From a virus: a stretch of 64,000 nt of DNA. The notes under the pieces are model-generated. The model did no database searches. It was not told the origin of the DNA and worked only from the letters and a program-made list of their open reading frames with translations. Of the stretch, positions 1 to 12,037 are shown in pieces (position 1 is the first letter of the stretch; every line of letters begins with the position of its first letter). The stretch covers positions 32,001-96,000 of IMG/VR virus record IMGVR_UViG_3300046314_000148. One strand, given 5' to 3'. The position numbers and the translations under genes were made by a program.

Positions 1-216
1 CCGAGAAAGTCTTCTAAGGACCTTGCAGACGCTGTCTGTGGAGCAATCTTCGGAGCCATAAGCCACACCCCAAAGAACAGCAACCTTGAAGTAGAGGTTC
101 ATACTTTTAGGGATAGGCCAAAGCAAGCACTTGACACCGACCATGGCAATGTGATAAAATATAAGCCTATGCCCAAAGATGTGCAAGATTATCTACAAAG
201 ATTTGATTTAATTTAA
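1..216 (+). CDS. terminase large subunit, C-terminal fragment (5' truncated by window)
   Basis: Frame 1 reads PRKSSKDLADAVCGAIFGA...RFDLI*; SKDxADA is the typical last acidic motif of the TerL nuclease domain. Confidence 0.7.
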   Translation, partial: PRKSSKDLADAVCGAIFGAISHTPKNSNLEVEVHTFRDRPKQALDTDHGNVIKYKPMPKDVQDYLQRFDLI

Positions 217-250
217 TCAAATAAACAATATAGAAAAGGAAAATAAAAAT

Positions 251-1189
251 ATGACTTCACTAAAGAAGCCTCTAATCGCTATTGCAACTGCAGTAGTCCT
301 TGCTACAACTGCTCTAGTAGCAGCTCCTGCTCTTGCAGTCGGTGCAACCTATGCACTAACTGTTGCAGGATCAGCACCAGCAACTGCTGGCACTACCGAA
401 GCTGCTGCAATCGCACTTCCAGTTCCTGCAGATAACTCTGTAGACACTGCAGACACTCTAGACTTCGCCCTAACCAGCATCACAGCTGGCGAGGCAGTCA
501 CCGTAGTAGCCACCGATGCAACTCTGATCGCTGCTGGAACCACTGGTACAATTACTGCATCTACTGGTGTAGCCCGTCTGGACATTGCTACTGGTACTGG
601 TACCACGGCAGCTTTCAAGGTATATACCAAGACTACTAAGGTAGGCAAGGTTGTTGTTACCGTAGGTGCTGCTAACCCAGTAACTTACTACGTAAAGGGT
701 ACTGCTGGTGCACTAAATGCCATCACCCTATCAGCACCAACTGCTGCTCTAGGAACTACTGCTAAGGTGACCGCTACTGGTACTGACGTATTCGGCAATG
801 CTGTTTCTGGTGCAACTGTTGCCCTTCAGGTAATCAACGCTAAGGGAACCAACACCTACTCAGTAACCACTGCAGCTGACGGAACAGCCGTCAAGGACCT
901 AACTGGTCTATCAGTAGACACCTATGACCTAATCGCAACTGCTACCGTAGCTGCTCAGGTTACTGGTCTTACTACTCCTGCTGGTTTTGTTCGTGGAACC
1001 CTAAAGGTGGTAGACCTAGCTGGTCTAGTTGCAACCAAGGATGCAGAGCTTGCTGTTGCAACCGCAACCATTGCTGACCTAAAGTTGCAGATTGCTGCAC
1101 TAAAGGCTGCAGAGATCAAGAAGTACAACACTCTTGCTGCTAAGTGGAACAAGAAGTTCCCAAAGGCTAAGGTTGTTCTTCGCAAGTAA
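251..1189 (+). CDS. secreted Ala/Thr-rich Ig-like surface (S-layer-like) protein
   Basis: N-terminal signal peptide, Ig-like segment (ATGTDVFGNAVSG), coiled coil and basic C-tail; strong RBS; biased codon use. Confidence 0.6.
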   Translation: MTSLKKPLIAIATAVVLATTALVAAPALAVGATYALTVAGSAPATAGTTEAAAIALPVPADNSVDTADTLDFALTSITAGEAVTVVATDATLIAAGTTGTITASTGVARLDIATGTGTTAAFKVYTKTTKVGKVVVTVGAANPVTYYVKGTAGALNAITLSAPTAALGTTAKVTATGTDVFGNAVSGATVALQVINAKGTNTYSVTTAADGTAVKDLTGLSVDTYDLIATATVAAQVTGLTTPAGFVRGTLKVVDLAGLVATKDAELAVATATIADLKLQIAALKAAEIKKYNTLAAKWNKKFPKAKVVLRK

Positions 1190-1206
1190 TTAAGATATAC
1201 TTGATT

Positions 1207-1236
1207 GGGGAAGGCTAAAAACCTTCCCCTTTCTTG
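1207..1236 (+). terminator. intrinsic terminator
   Basis: GGGGAAGG-loop-CCTTCCCC followed by TTTCTT. Confidence 0.7.
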
Positions 1237-1267
1237 TCTTCAAATGTAAAAAATGGAGTTAGAATAG

Positions 1268-1652
1268 ATGTCTATCCAAATCGTATACTTCTCAAATTAC
1301 TCAGAAAATACCAAGAGATTTGTAGAAAAGATAACAGGTTCAGCTGTTAGAATCCCCATCAAGGGGGACAGCCCAAGGGCTAGCAGGGAATATATTCTTT
1401 GCGTTCCAACCTACGGTGGTGGTAGTATTAAGTCTGCCATACCAAGACAGGTTAAAGAGTTTTTAAATGTCCCTGAGAATAGGGATCTCCTTCGTGGAGT
1501 TATAGGTTTAGGCAACACAAATTTTGGAGAAGACTACTGCAAGGCTGCAGAGTTAATCTCACAAAAAACTGGGGTACCAGTAATAGCCAAAGTGGAAATC
1601 TTTGGTACAGACGACGATGTAAATAAAGTAAAAGAAAGGCTAGGTCTGCTAT

Positions 1653-1660
<8 letters not shown>
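1268..1660 (+). CDS. nrdI: class Ib RNR flavodoxin NrdI
   Basis: [13 protein letters not shown], PTYGGG and GNTNFG motifs; upstream of nrdE. Confidence 0.95.
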
Positions 1661-4726
<3,066 letters not shown>

Positions 4727-4732
4727 GTCATA

Positions 4733-4773
4733 AAGCAGCGGAGGCATCCTACGGGGTGCCTCTTTTGCTGTTT
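4733..4773 (+). terminator. intrinsic terminator after nrdF
   Basis: GAGGCATCC-TACG-GGGTGCCTC followed by TTTT. Confidence 0.75.
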
Positions 4774-4826
4774 AAACGATGATATAATTATCTTGTTAGT
4801 CATACCCCACTAACAAGGAGATCATC

Positions 4827-6611
4827 ATCAAAACCCCAAGACTGTTAGCAGCAATTTCTATGGCATTCCTGCCATTGTTTTTTGCTATGCCAGCTATGGC
4901 AGAAGACGTACCTGCAGAACCAGTTGTGGTTGTGGTTACAACTCCTGGAGGAGATGACTCATCCTACCAAGTACCCCTGACGACTACCGTAACCTTCGAT
5001 GGTGTTGTCTATGATCAGGTATTTGCTACAACTAACTCGGTAATTACTTTTGGTAGACCAGACGGAACTTACTGGGCATATCCAGCTACCCCATCAATTA
5101 GCCTTTACTCAATGGACTGGGTTGTATTCCCCTGGGCACGTCCAGACGAGCACCTGACCATCTCGGCATCTGATGGTGGCTTTCAGGTAGATATTTCTGC
5201 TAGACCTATCTGGCTACAGCAAGCCACAGAGCCAACAAATATCAATATCGTTGCTGCCATTAATACAGATGGAACAGTGTCAATATCTTATTCTTTAACT
5301 GGTCCAACCTACGAAGGTCAGACAAGAACTGGTGTTCGTCTTACAAATGGAGATGTAGTTACCCTAGAAGAGTATGGAGTCGTCCGTGTTGAGGAGCCGC
5401 CAGTACTTGAGCCAGAGCCAGTAGTTCCTACACCTACCCCATCACCAGAATCTACAGATGTTCCAGTAGATCCAACACCAACACCAACTCCAACTATTGA
5501 TCCTACACCAACCCCTATTCCAGAGCCTACAGTAGAGCCTACCCAGGAGCCAACCCCAGAGCCTATTCCAAGACCAGTTGTTCCAGAGGGGGCAACAATT
5601 ATATCAGAAGGTTCAAGCATTGAGGTGGTTGCTCCAGCAGGACAGAGAATTGTTAGCATAATGGCCTGGTATGGAGACCCAGATAATGCCACCCGAGGCA
5701 TTGACGTATCCTCTACATTGACACAGCTCGCTTCTGGGCAGACGTCAGTAACCATAGAGTCTTCCAATATGTATGGAGATCCAGCAGGAGGAACTGTAAA
5801 GGTGCTAATATTCCTGCCAACGTATGAGCAGATCCCAACCCCAGAACCAACTCCTACCCCAGAGCCAACACCTACAGTGCCACCAGTGGTAGTTTCAGAG
5901 CCAACACCTACGCCTGCTCCAACACCAGAACCTCGGCCTGCTCCTCAGCCTGCACCAGAACCAGCCCCTGCACCAAGCCCAGAGCCTGCTCCTCCAGTTG
6001 TAGAGCCAGAACCACCTGTTGCAGAACCAGAGCCTCCAGTCGTAACCCCAGAACCGCCAGTAGTAGAACCAGAACCACCTGTTGTAGAGCCAGAGCCACA
6101 ACCAAAGCCTCCTGCAGAGCCAGAGCCCCAGCCTGAGCCAGCACCAGAGCCTCCTGCAGAAGAATCGGCGGTAGCGGAGATTTCAAGTCTGGTAGAAACT
6201 GCACCAGAAGATCTAACAGACGCACAAATAGAACAGCTTGTAGAAGCAGCTATGGTTGTATTCGAAACAGCAGAGCAGGGCTCACCAGCCTATGAGCAAG
6301 CACTTGAAGCTCTGGTAGTAGCAGCAGAGGCAGACGATGCTGAGCTACCATCTGAGCTTGCAGCAATCCCACTACTTGGAGATGTTGCTGGAGCAGCCCT
6401 AGAAGTCTTTAATAATCTTGGTAACGTCGGTGCCGATATGGCACCTGCAGTCCGTGAGGAAGCAGAGAAGACAGTTATCGCATCCGTTATCGCAACTGGA
6501 GCAGCAGTGAATGCTGTTGCAGCAGCAGCTACGGCAGCATCTGGATCAGCAGGAGGGGCCTCATCTGGAGGATCTTCAGGTGGGTCAGGATCAACAAGGA
6601 GAAAAGAATAA
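4827..6611 (+). CDS. secreted/membrane Pro-rich protein with NIDO-like and SUEL-lectin-like domains; probable ATC start (first ATG at 4860)
   Basis: Signal peptide, long (PT)/(PE) linkers, YGDPAGGTVKVL motif, hydrophobic C-terminal segment; AAGGAG 6 nt before in-frame ATC 4827. Confidence 0.65.
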   Translation: MKTPRLLAAISMAFLPLFFAMPAMAEDVPAEPVVVVVTTPGGDDSSYQVPLTTTVTFDGVVYDQVFATTNSVITFGRPDGTYWAYPATPSISLYSMDWVVFPWARPDEHLTISASDGGFQVDISARPIWLQQATEPTNINIVAAINTDGTVSISYSLTGPTYEGQTRTGVRLTNGDVVTLEEYGVVRVEEPPVLEPEPVVPTPTPSPESTDVPVDPTPTPTPTIDPTPTPIPEPTVEPTQEPTPEPIPRPVVPEGATIISEGSSIEVVAPAGQRIVSIMAWYGDPDNATRGIDVSSTLTQLASGQTSVTIESSNMYGDPAGGTVKVLIFLPTYEQIPTPEPTPTPEPTPTVPPVVVSEPTPTPAPTPEPRPAPQPAPEPAPAPSPEPAPPVVEPEPPVAEPEPPVVTPEPPVVEPEPPVVEPEPQPKPPAEPEPQPEPAPEPPAEESAVAEISSLVETAPEDLTDAQIEQLVEAAMVVFETAEQGSPAYEQALEALVVAAEADDAELPSELAAIPLLGDVAGAALEVFNNLGNVGADMAPAVREEAEKTVIASVIATGAAVNAVAAAATAASGSAGGASSGGSSGGSGSTRRKE

Positions 6612-6612
6612 T

Positions 6613-6780
6613 ATGAAGAAATTCTTAAATGATATTCTAGGCCAGGCATGGACCCTATTGGGTATGTTTGTAGCCTGGGTGGTCCTCGAAGGGTCTGCAA
6701 AGACTATCGTGGGCTATTGCATCTTGGGAACGCTAGGCCTATGGGCGGTGACGTATCCCCTGAGAAAGGACGGTGAATAA
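6613..6780 (+). CDS. small two-TM membrane protein
   Basis: MKKFLNDILGQAWTLLGMFVAWVVL...; coupled to the upstream gene. Confidence 0.65.
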   Translation: MKKFLNDILGQAWTLLGMFVAWVVLEGSAKTIVGYCILGTLGLWAVTYPLRKDGE

Positions 6781-6909
6781 TAATATGTATAAATATTATT
6801 TGACACTACAAGAAACAAATAGAAAGCTTGATAATTCAGCAGTGAGGTACCAAGCCAAGTAAAAGCAACAAACCATTTAGATTTAACCCCAAGTAGAAAG
6901 GAATCAAAA

Positions 6910-7185
6910 ATGGATGAATTAGAAACTGGTGTAGCAGGAGGACTTGCTACTATCAAAAACGTAATCTGGAGAATCCTGGCTGTATTTGCAGCTTCAGGTC
7001 TATCAGTTCTAGGTGCAGGTGCCGTAGTTGGCGTTCAGCTTCTAGATGCTGTCTTTATGGCAGGTATCCTTGGTGTGGCCACGGTAGTTGAGAAGCTAGC
7101 TAGAGCCTTCCTCGAGGATGGAAAGCTGACTCTGGATGAGATTAATGCTGCCTTTGCTAAGGTAGATAAGAACTCGGAGCAGTAA
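6910..7185 (+). CDS. membrane protein (holin-like)
   Basis: Two hydrophobic helices, RBS AAAGGA. Confidence 0.55.
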   Translation: MDELETGVAGGLATIKNVIWRILAVFAASGLSVLGAGAVVGVQLLDAVFMAGILGVATVVEKLARAFLEDGKLTLDEINAAFAKVDKNSEQ

Positions 7186-7316
7186 ACAAAGCCCTTAGTC
7201 CCAACCAACCCCCGAAGACCCCTTCTTTTTAGTGTATACTGTATGGAAACACTATAAAGGAGGGGTTTTTTAAAATAATGCTTGACATCCACGTTTGAAG
7301 AGGGTAGAATATATAC

Positions 7317-7505
7317 ATGAGCACAGATGAAAAAAATGTAAGACAAGAAGTCTGGGAATGGCTTCAGGTGGGCATAGATAAGGGCTGGGTTACCGAGCCT
7401 TTCTGCTACACACATGACGGAGATCCGTACATGTCCGAAGAAGAAGAAAAAGAATGGGAAGACGGCGGAGACCCGTGTGCCCCAGTAATCAAAATTCTAG
7501 CATAG
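7317..7505 (+). CDS. hypothetical protein (leaderless)
   Basis: TTGACA-N17-TAGAAT-N6-ATG. Confidence 0.7.
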   Translation: MSTDEKNVRQEVWEWLQVGIDKGWVTEPFCYTHDGDPYMSEEEEKEWEDGGDPCAPVIKILA

Positions 7506-7516
7506 AAAATAAGGGT

Positions 7517-8290
7517 ATGAAAAAACTAATCATTGTACTATCAGCACTAGCACTATCAGCCACAGTTGTTCCAGCACAAGCAGAGACAAAATCTTTGGCA
7601 ATTATCGATTCCTACTTTGACAACGCAACTGTCTGCGTAGCCACAGCTGGATGCAACATCACACTGGCCTCTAAGCCAGCACTAATTTCTAACCCAGCAA
7701 ACCATGGCAATGGAATGGTAGAGGTTGCAAAGCGACAGAATCCATCCCTGAGCATCGTTACAGTTCGCTCAGCTAACACTACGGCTAAGGCCACTAATGA
7801 GATGACTACTGGAGACTTTATCCGTGCACTTGATTGGGTGAACAACAATTCATCTAGCATTGGTGCCGTGTCAATCTCTAGGGCTTTTAATGGAAACAAG
7901 GCTTGCTCTCCTAATACAGCAGGAACAGTAGAGTTCGGTGGTGCCGTAAAGGCAGACCTAAAGATCAAGGAACTGATTGCATCACTATCTGCCAAGGGTA
8001 TCCCAGTCTTTGCTGCAACTGGAAACAAGTTTAACGGTCCAGTAGACTACCCAGCATGTTTGCCACAGACTAACTCAGTTGGAGTAGGATCTTTGAACAA
8101 GGTAGGGGCACCAGTGAGTGCATATTCATTTAATGCAGATACAGACTACTTTGCATCAGCATCAGTCTATTCATTTAAGTCACCATTGTTTGGACTGATT
8201 CCAAACACGACATCAGCAGGTAACGTTGCCGTTGCTGCAAAGTATCTTACAGGAACGCTTGACAACAAGTTTGTAAATGTGATACCATAG
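7517..8290 (+). CDS. secreted subtilisin-like (S8) protease homologue
   Basis: Signal peptide; AIID, HG, AATGN and TTSA motifs approximate the D/H/N/S catalytic residues. Confidence 0.65.
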   Translation: MKKLIIVLSALALSATVVPAQAETKSLAIIDSYFDNATVCVATAGCNITLASKPALISNPANHGNGMVEVAKRQNPSLSIVTVRSANTTAKATNEMTTGDFIRALDWVNNNSSSIGAVSISRAFNGNKACSPNTAGTVEFGGAVKADLKIKELIASLSAKGIPVFAATGNKFNGPVDYPACLPQTNSVGVGSLNKVGAPVSAYSFNADTDYFASASVYSFKSPLFGLIPNTTSAGNVAVAAKYLTGTLDNKFVNVIP

Positions 8291-8322
8291 TATCAAAGGA
8301 AGTCCATCCTTAAACGGACGAT

Positions 8323-8395
8323 TGGGACATAGCTCAGCTGGCAGAGCGTTCGACTGTTAATCGAAATGTCGCAGGTTCGATCCCTGCTGTCCCAG
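8323..8395 (+). tRNA. tRNA-Asn(GTT)
   Basis: Cloverleaf; TTCGA-CT-GTT-AA-TCGAA anticodon arm. Confidence 0.93.
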
Positions 8396-8445
8396 CTAAT
8401 GGTTCCACTTGCACCACTCCTGGGTATGGGATAAAAGCAAGTAAT

Positions 8446-8516
8446 GCGGACGTTGCATAATGGTAGTGCCTCATCCTTCCAAGTTGAAGGTGCCAGTTCG
8501 ATTCTGGTCGTCCGCT
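8446..8516 (+). tRNA. tRNA-Gly(TCC)
   Basis: Cloverleaf; CT-TCC-AA loop; GCGGACG/CGTCCGC acceptor. Confidence 0.92.
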
Positions 8517-8680
8517 CTATAGGCTAATCACCTATACGCATGAGGAAGTCGTTAAATTTCTCGGTTCTAAGTGACTTTATACTTAGCGTGTAGGTAATCT
8601 CACGATATAGGTTCGGGGCTGGTCACCTGTCTTATGGAACGACTCAGGGATATAGATCTGATTAATCTGATATCCCCCCT

Positions 8681-8757
8681 GGCTTCATAGCTCAATTGGT
8701 TAGAGCACCGCCCTGTCACGGCGGAGGTTGACGGTTCAAGTCCGTTTGGAGTCGCCA
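8681..8757 (+). tRNA. tRNA-Asp(GTC), CCA encoded
   Basis: Cloverleaf; CCGCC-CT-GTC-AC-GGCGG. Confidence 0.95.
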
Positions 8758-8928
8758 TCAGAGTTTGCTACTCTGGGAAGGCTGATAGACCTTTTAAAAC
8801 GTCTATCCGTATATCTGGAGATCGTTAAGTATCAGGTGTCGCCACTACGGACCTTTGTAGAGGCAGTTGTTAGTGCTGGTCTCACTAACCAGCGGACAGA
8901 GGAAGTCGCTTTCCTTGTGTCCGCACAT

Positions 8929-9004
8929 GCCGCCTTAGCTCATCTGGTAGAGCGACGCACTTGTAATGCGTAGGTGGTCGGTTCGAGTCCGACAGGTGGC
9001 TCCA
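8929..9004 (+). tRNA. tRNA-Thr(TGT), CCA encoded
   Basis: Cloverleaf; ACGCA-CT-TGT-AA-TGCGT. Confidence 0.95.
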
Positions 9005-9023
9005 AGCATTAAGGAAGTGTGTC

Positions 9024-9869
9024 ATGAACCAAGCGGTATTCACGTCATTTGACGAAAACTACTCTGACTATGCATTGGTAATGGTCAAGACATTTTGTGA
9101 AAATTATCACGGAGACCCTATAGATCTTTATTGCCTAGTCCCAGAAGACATCCAGCAGCTGCAGCAGGAATACATTGAAAAGTGTGGGAACCCAAATAAT
9201 GTTGTCATTCGTTTCGTAACTCTAGAGAAGCAGAAGCAGATTCAGGATAGGTTCTCTGACGATGATGTGTCTATATCCTACATTACGCTACAATGCTTTC
9301 ATCGAATATTTATTGCAGACTCGTTTCCAGATCTAGATGTTGCTATCTATATAGATCCAGATACAATCATTCTTAGAGATGTTCAGTCGCTGATAGATTA
9401 TCCATTAGCCTCTGTCATAGCTGCAAGATCGGAGAGCATAGATGACCACAAGATTTCTGTAGTTGGTGTGGACGGCATTTACTTTAACAATGGGGTATAT
9501 AAGACAGACTTAAATTTCTGGAGGTCAGAGCAGTTGGCAGATAAAATGCTCGATAGGCTTACTACTCATGGGATAACCCTGTATCCAGAACAAGACCTAA
9601 TGAATATCTTCCTAGCAGGCCACGTAGCAGAGCTGCCAATCAACTTTAACTTTTCATCTTGGCTAAGCACTATTGGATTTTTTAGTCACACGGTACCAAA
9701 CCCAATGATTCTGCACTTTGCAGGACCAGACAAGCCATGGAAAAACCATAGCCTGGAAAAGAATTGGACAGCTATCTGGAGAAGCAAATACGAAGAAATT
9801 TTTGGGGATAAGGCAGAGCATATCAAGGACTTTGAAAATCTTTACACATACGACATGGGGGACAAGTAA
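9024..9869 (+). CDS. glycosyltransferase family 8
   Basis: IYIDPD, YFNNGV, EQDLMN and ILHFAGPDKPW motifs. Confidence 0.85.
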   Translation: MNQAVFTSFDENYSDYALVMVKTFCENYHGDPIDLYCLVPEDIQQLQQEYIEKCGNPNNVVIRFVTLEKQKQIQDRFSDDDVSISYITLQCFHRIFIADSFPDLDVAIYIDPDTIILRDVQSLIDYPLASVIAARSESIDDHKISVVGVDGIYFNNGVYKTDLNFWRSEQLADKMLDRLTTHGITLYPEQDLMNIFLAGHVAELPINFNFSSWLSTIGFFSHTVPNPMILHFAGPDKPWKNHSLEKNWTAIWRSKYEEIFGDKAEHIKDFENLYTYDMGDK

Positions 9870-10549
9870 TGGATAAGCCAGACATAACCACTAAAGAGGT
9901 AGGAAACTTTGGTATATGGTACGACACTATTGATCCAAACTTTACAGAGATATCTAGGATGTCAAATATTCCCCACCACTGGTTATCTTTTCAGGAAGTC
10001 CTTGCAGGTCCATATTCCGAATCAGTAATTAAACCAATAAACAAATATGTTCAAAGACTGGTTCCTCCGCCAACCCTAGTCAGTATATCAGATGGCCAGA
10101 TACGCCTCCGCCAGGGTAACCATGCAGAATTTTTTCTTTTGGAAAGCAGTGACGGAACCTTCACCCATAGAGATAGACCATGGCAGAGACAATACTATAA
10201 CACTAGCCAGGACGGTATCGTAGCTCCAGACAATACCTTTGAGACAGCATTTAAGTTCTATGTTCCATGGATTTTAGATGAGAACGTTCATGTAAAGATA
10301 GAGCAGGTCGATGGAAGTCCATTTACAATCTTGCCTACGGAGTTTAACTACTACAAAGTTCCCGAGCAGATCCAAAACATAGAGCCAAAGTTTGTCACTT
10401 TTTTCTTTAATCGTGTTGGCACCCACATGGTGTCCGACACCTTTGGGAAGATACCAAGACAGTCCCCAATGTTTGACATGGTTTTTTCTGCAAATGGTAT
10501 ACTTATAGATAAAGTTAGGAATTTTTATGAAGAAGCAGAACGTAATTAA
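9869..10549 (+). CDS. hypothetical protein in glyco/oxygenase operon
   Basis: Long ORF with coupled start and stop. Confidence 0.6.
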   Translation: MDKPDITTKEVGNFGIWYDTIDPNFTEISRMSNIPHHWLSFQEVLAGPYSESVIKPINKYVQRLVPPPTLVSISDGQIRLRQGNHAEFFLLESSDGTFTHRDRPWQRQYYNTSQDGIVAPDNTFETAFKFYVPWILDENVHVKIEQVDGSPFTILPTEFNYYKVPEQIQNIEPKFVTFFFNRVGTHMVSDTFGKIPRQSPMFDMVFSANGILIDKVRNFYEEAERN

Positions 10550-11261
10550 GTTTTATCCACTAAACGATAAGACAGCAGAGTTTTCCCCAGAGCCTAAGCC
10601 AGGGTCTAGGGCCTTACCAGAGTGGTACAAGCAGCAGCCAGGAAGCGTAGATAATGGAGAGCTTCTTGCACAGTTCGGTCAGCCTGCCAGCACGGTAAAG
10701 AAGTGCTTGCCAATATTTGACGTTATCACAGCTGGATATATCATAGTTGCCCCACTAGACATCTACATTGACGCAACCGATCCAGATAAGCTTAGTTATC
10801 AGATTCCAGCTGCAATGACTTTGTTTAAGGGGGATATCTTTGCAACTCACGATAGAAAGCAGTATGCAAACATGCCTATGGAGTCTGACCTATACCACCA
10901 AGACTTGCTGAGGATAATGCCATTTTGGATTGCATCAACTCCCCCAGGATTTAGTGCTCTGTTCCTAGACCCACTACACAAGGACCCAACTCCGCTGACA
11001 GCACTGCCAGGACTAATCGACACCGATGGCTACCCATCAGATGGGCATCTATCGTTTAAGGTTCAGAAGGGATTCAAGGGCGTAATCAAGCAGGGCACAC
11101 CTCTAGTCCAGGTTATTCCATTTAGAAGAGAAGACTGGAAGATGGAAGTCGTCGATGCATCAGAGTCTGAGTCATTCCTAAAGAGGCACAGAATGAATCT
11201 TAGAAGCACTTTTAATAATGGTTACAAGAATAAGTTTAGATCTCCCAAGGAATATAAGTGA
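10527..11261 (+). CDS. DUF6065-like beta-rich phage protein
   Basis: LPEWYK, KKCLP, IKQGTPLVQVIPFRREDW; paralogue of the next gene. Confidence 0.55.
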   Translation: MKKQNVIKFYPLNDKTAEFSPEPKPGSRALPEWYKQQPGSVDNGELLAQFGQPASTVKKCLPIFDVITAGYIIVAPLDIYIDATDPDKLSYQIPAAMTLFKGDIFATHDRKQYANMPMESDLYHQDLLRIMPFWIASTPPGFSALFLDPLHKDPTPLTALPGLIDTDGYPSDGHLSFKVQKGFKGVIKQGTPLVQVIPFRREDWKMEVVDASESESFLKRHRMNLRSTFNNGYKNKFRSPKEYK

Positions 11262-12037
11262 GCAATGAGCCACTCAAAATTAAATTTATTCCTCCGCACC
11301 AGCAGAGAGAAGATGGTTCTGGACCCAACTTTCCACCAGAGCCAGCAGTAAGGCATGTCCCAGAATGGTATCGTGCTCTCGCAAGATTCGATAAATCTAA
11401 TAACGACATCACTCTTAATCCTAAAAACAACATAGGCACCGATGGTGCCCAGGTATCTACAAAGATGTGCATGCCATACTTTGATGCCCTTACTGCAGGG
11501 TATAACTATTGCCTAGAGGATGACCTTTACGTCGATATGGATGAAGATGGCCACCCAATAATGTCCTGGGGTGGAGATGTTATGCTAGTGGATACTAGAC
11601 CAATCTTTGACGTACCTTTGCCAGATAACTGCCACCCAATACATTACGGTTGGAGAATGAACTGGTTCTACGAGACCCCACCAGGGTATTCTGTTCTTAT
11701 AACCCACCCGATGAATAGACATGATCTCCCGTTCTATACCCTATCTGGAATAGTGGAGTCTGACATTTGGGGGCTGCCAGTGTTTACGGCCTTTTTTCTT
11801 AAGAGAAATTTTCGTGGAATAATCCCAAAAGGAACTCCAATCTTTCAGATTATTCCGTTTAAGAGAGACAACTGGGAGCTAGAGGTTGATGATAGCCAAG
11901 AGGCTATTGACGAACACTGGTTCCGTGCAGAGAATAGACGGTCAATGCTTTATGGGTACTATAAGAAAATTGCCTGGAGAAAAAAGATTTTTGGAATTTT
12001 TGGGAAAAGGGAAAAAGAGGTAAACCACGATGACTAA
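11258..12037 (+). CDS. DUF6065-like beta-rich phage protein (paralogue)
   Basis: VPEWYR, KMCMP, IPKGTPIFQIIPFKRDNW. Confidence 0.55.
   Translation: MSNEPLKIKFIPPHQQREDGSGPNFPPEPAVRHVPEWYRALARFDKSNNDITLNPKNNIGTDGAQVSTKMCMPYFDALTAGYNYCLEDDLYVDMDEDGHPIMSWGGDVMLVDTRPIFDVPLPDNCHPIHYGWRMNWFYETPPGYSVLITHPMNRHDLPFYTLSGIVESDIWGLPVFTAFFLKRNFRGIIPKGTPIFQIIPFKRDNWELEVDDSQEAIDEHWFRAENRRSMLYGYYKKIAWRKKIFGIFGKREKEVNHDD

Noticed and set aside
5400-6160. CCAGAG-type repeats as a DNA repeat or diversity element
   Set aside because: Degenerate at third codon positions; they simply encode PE/PT linkers
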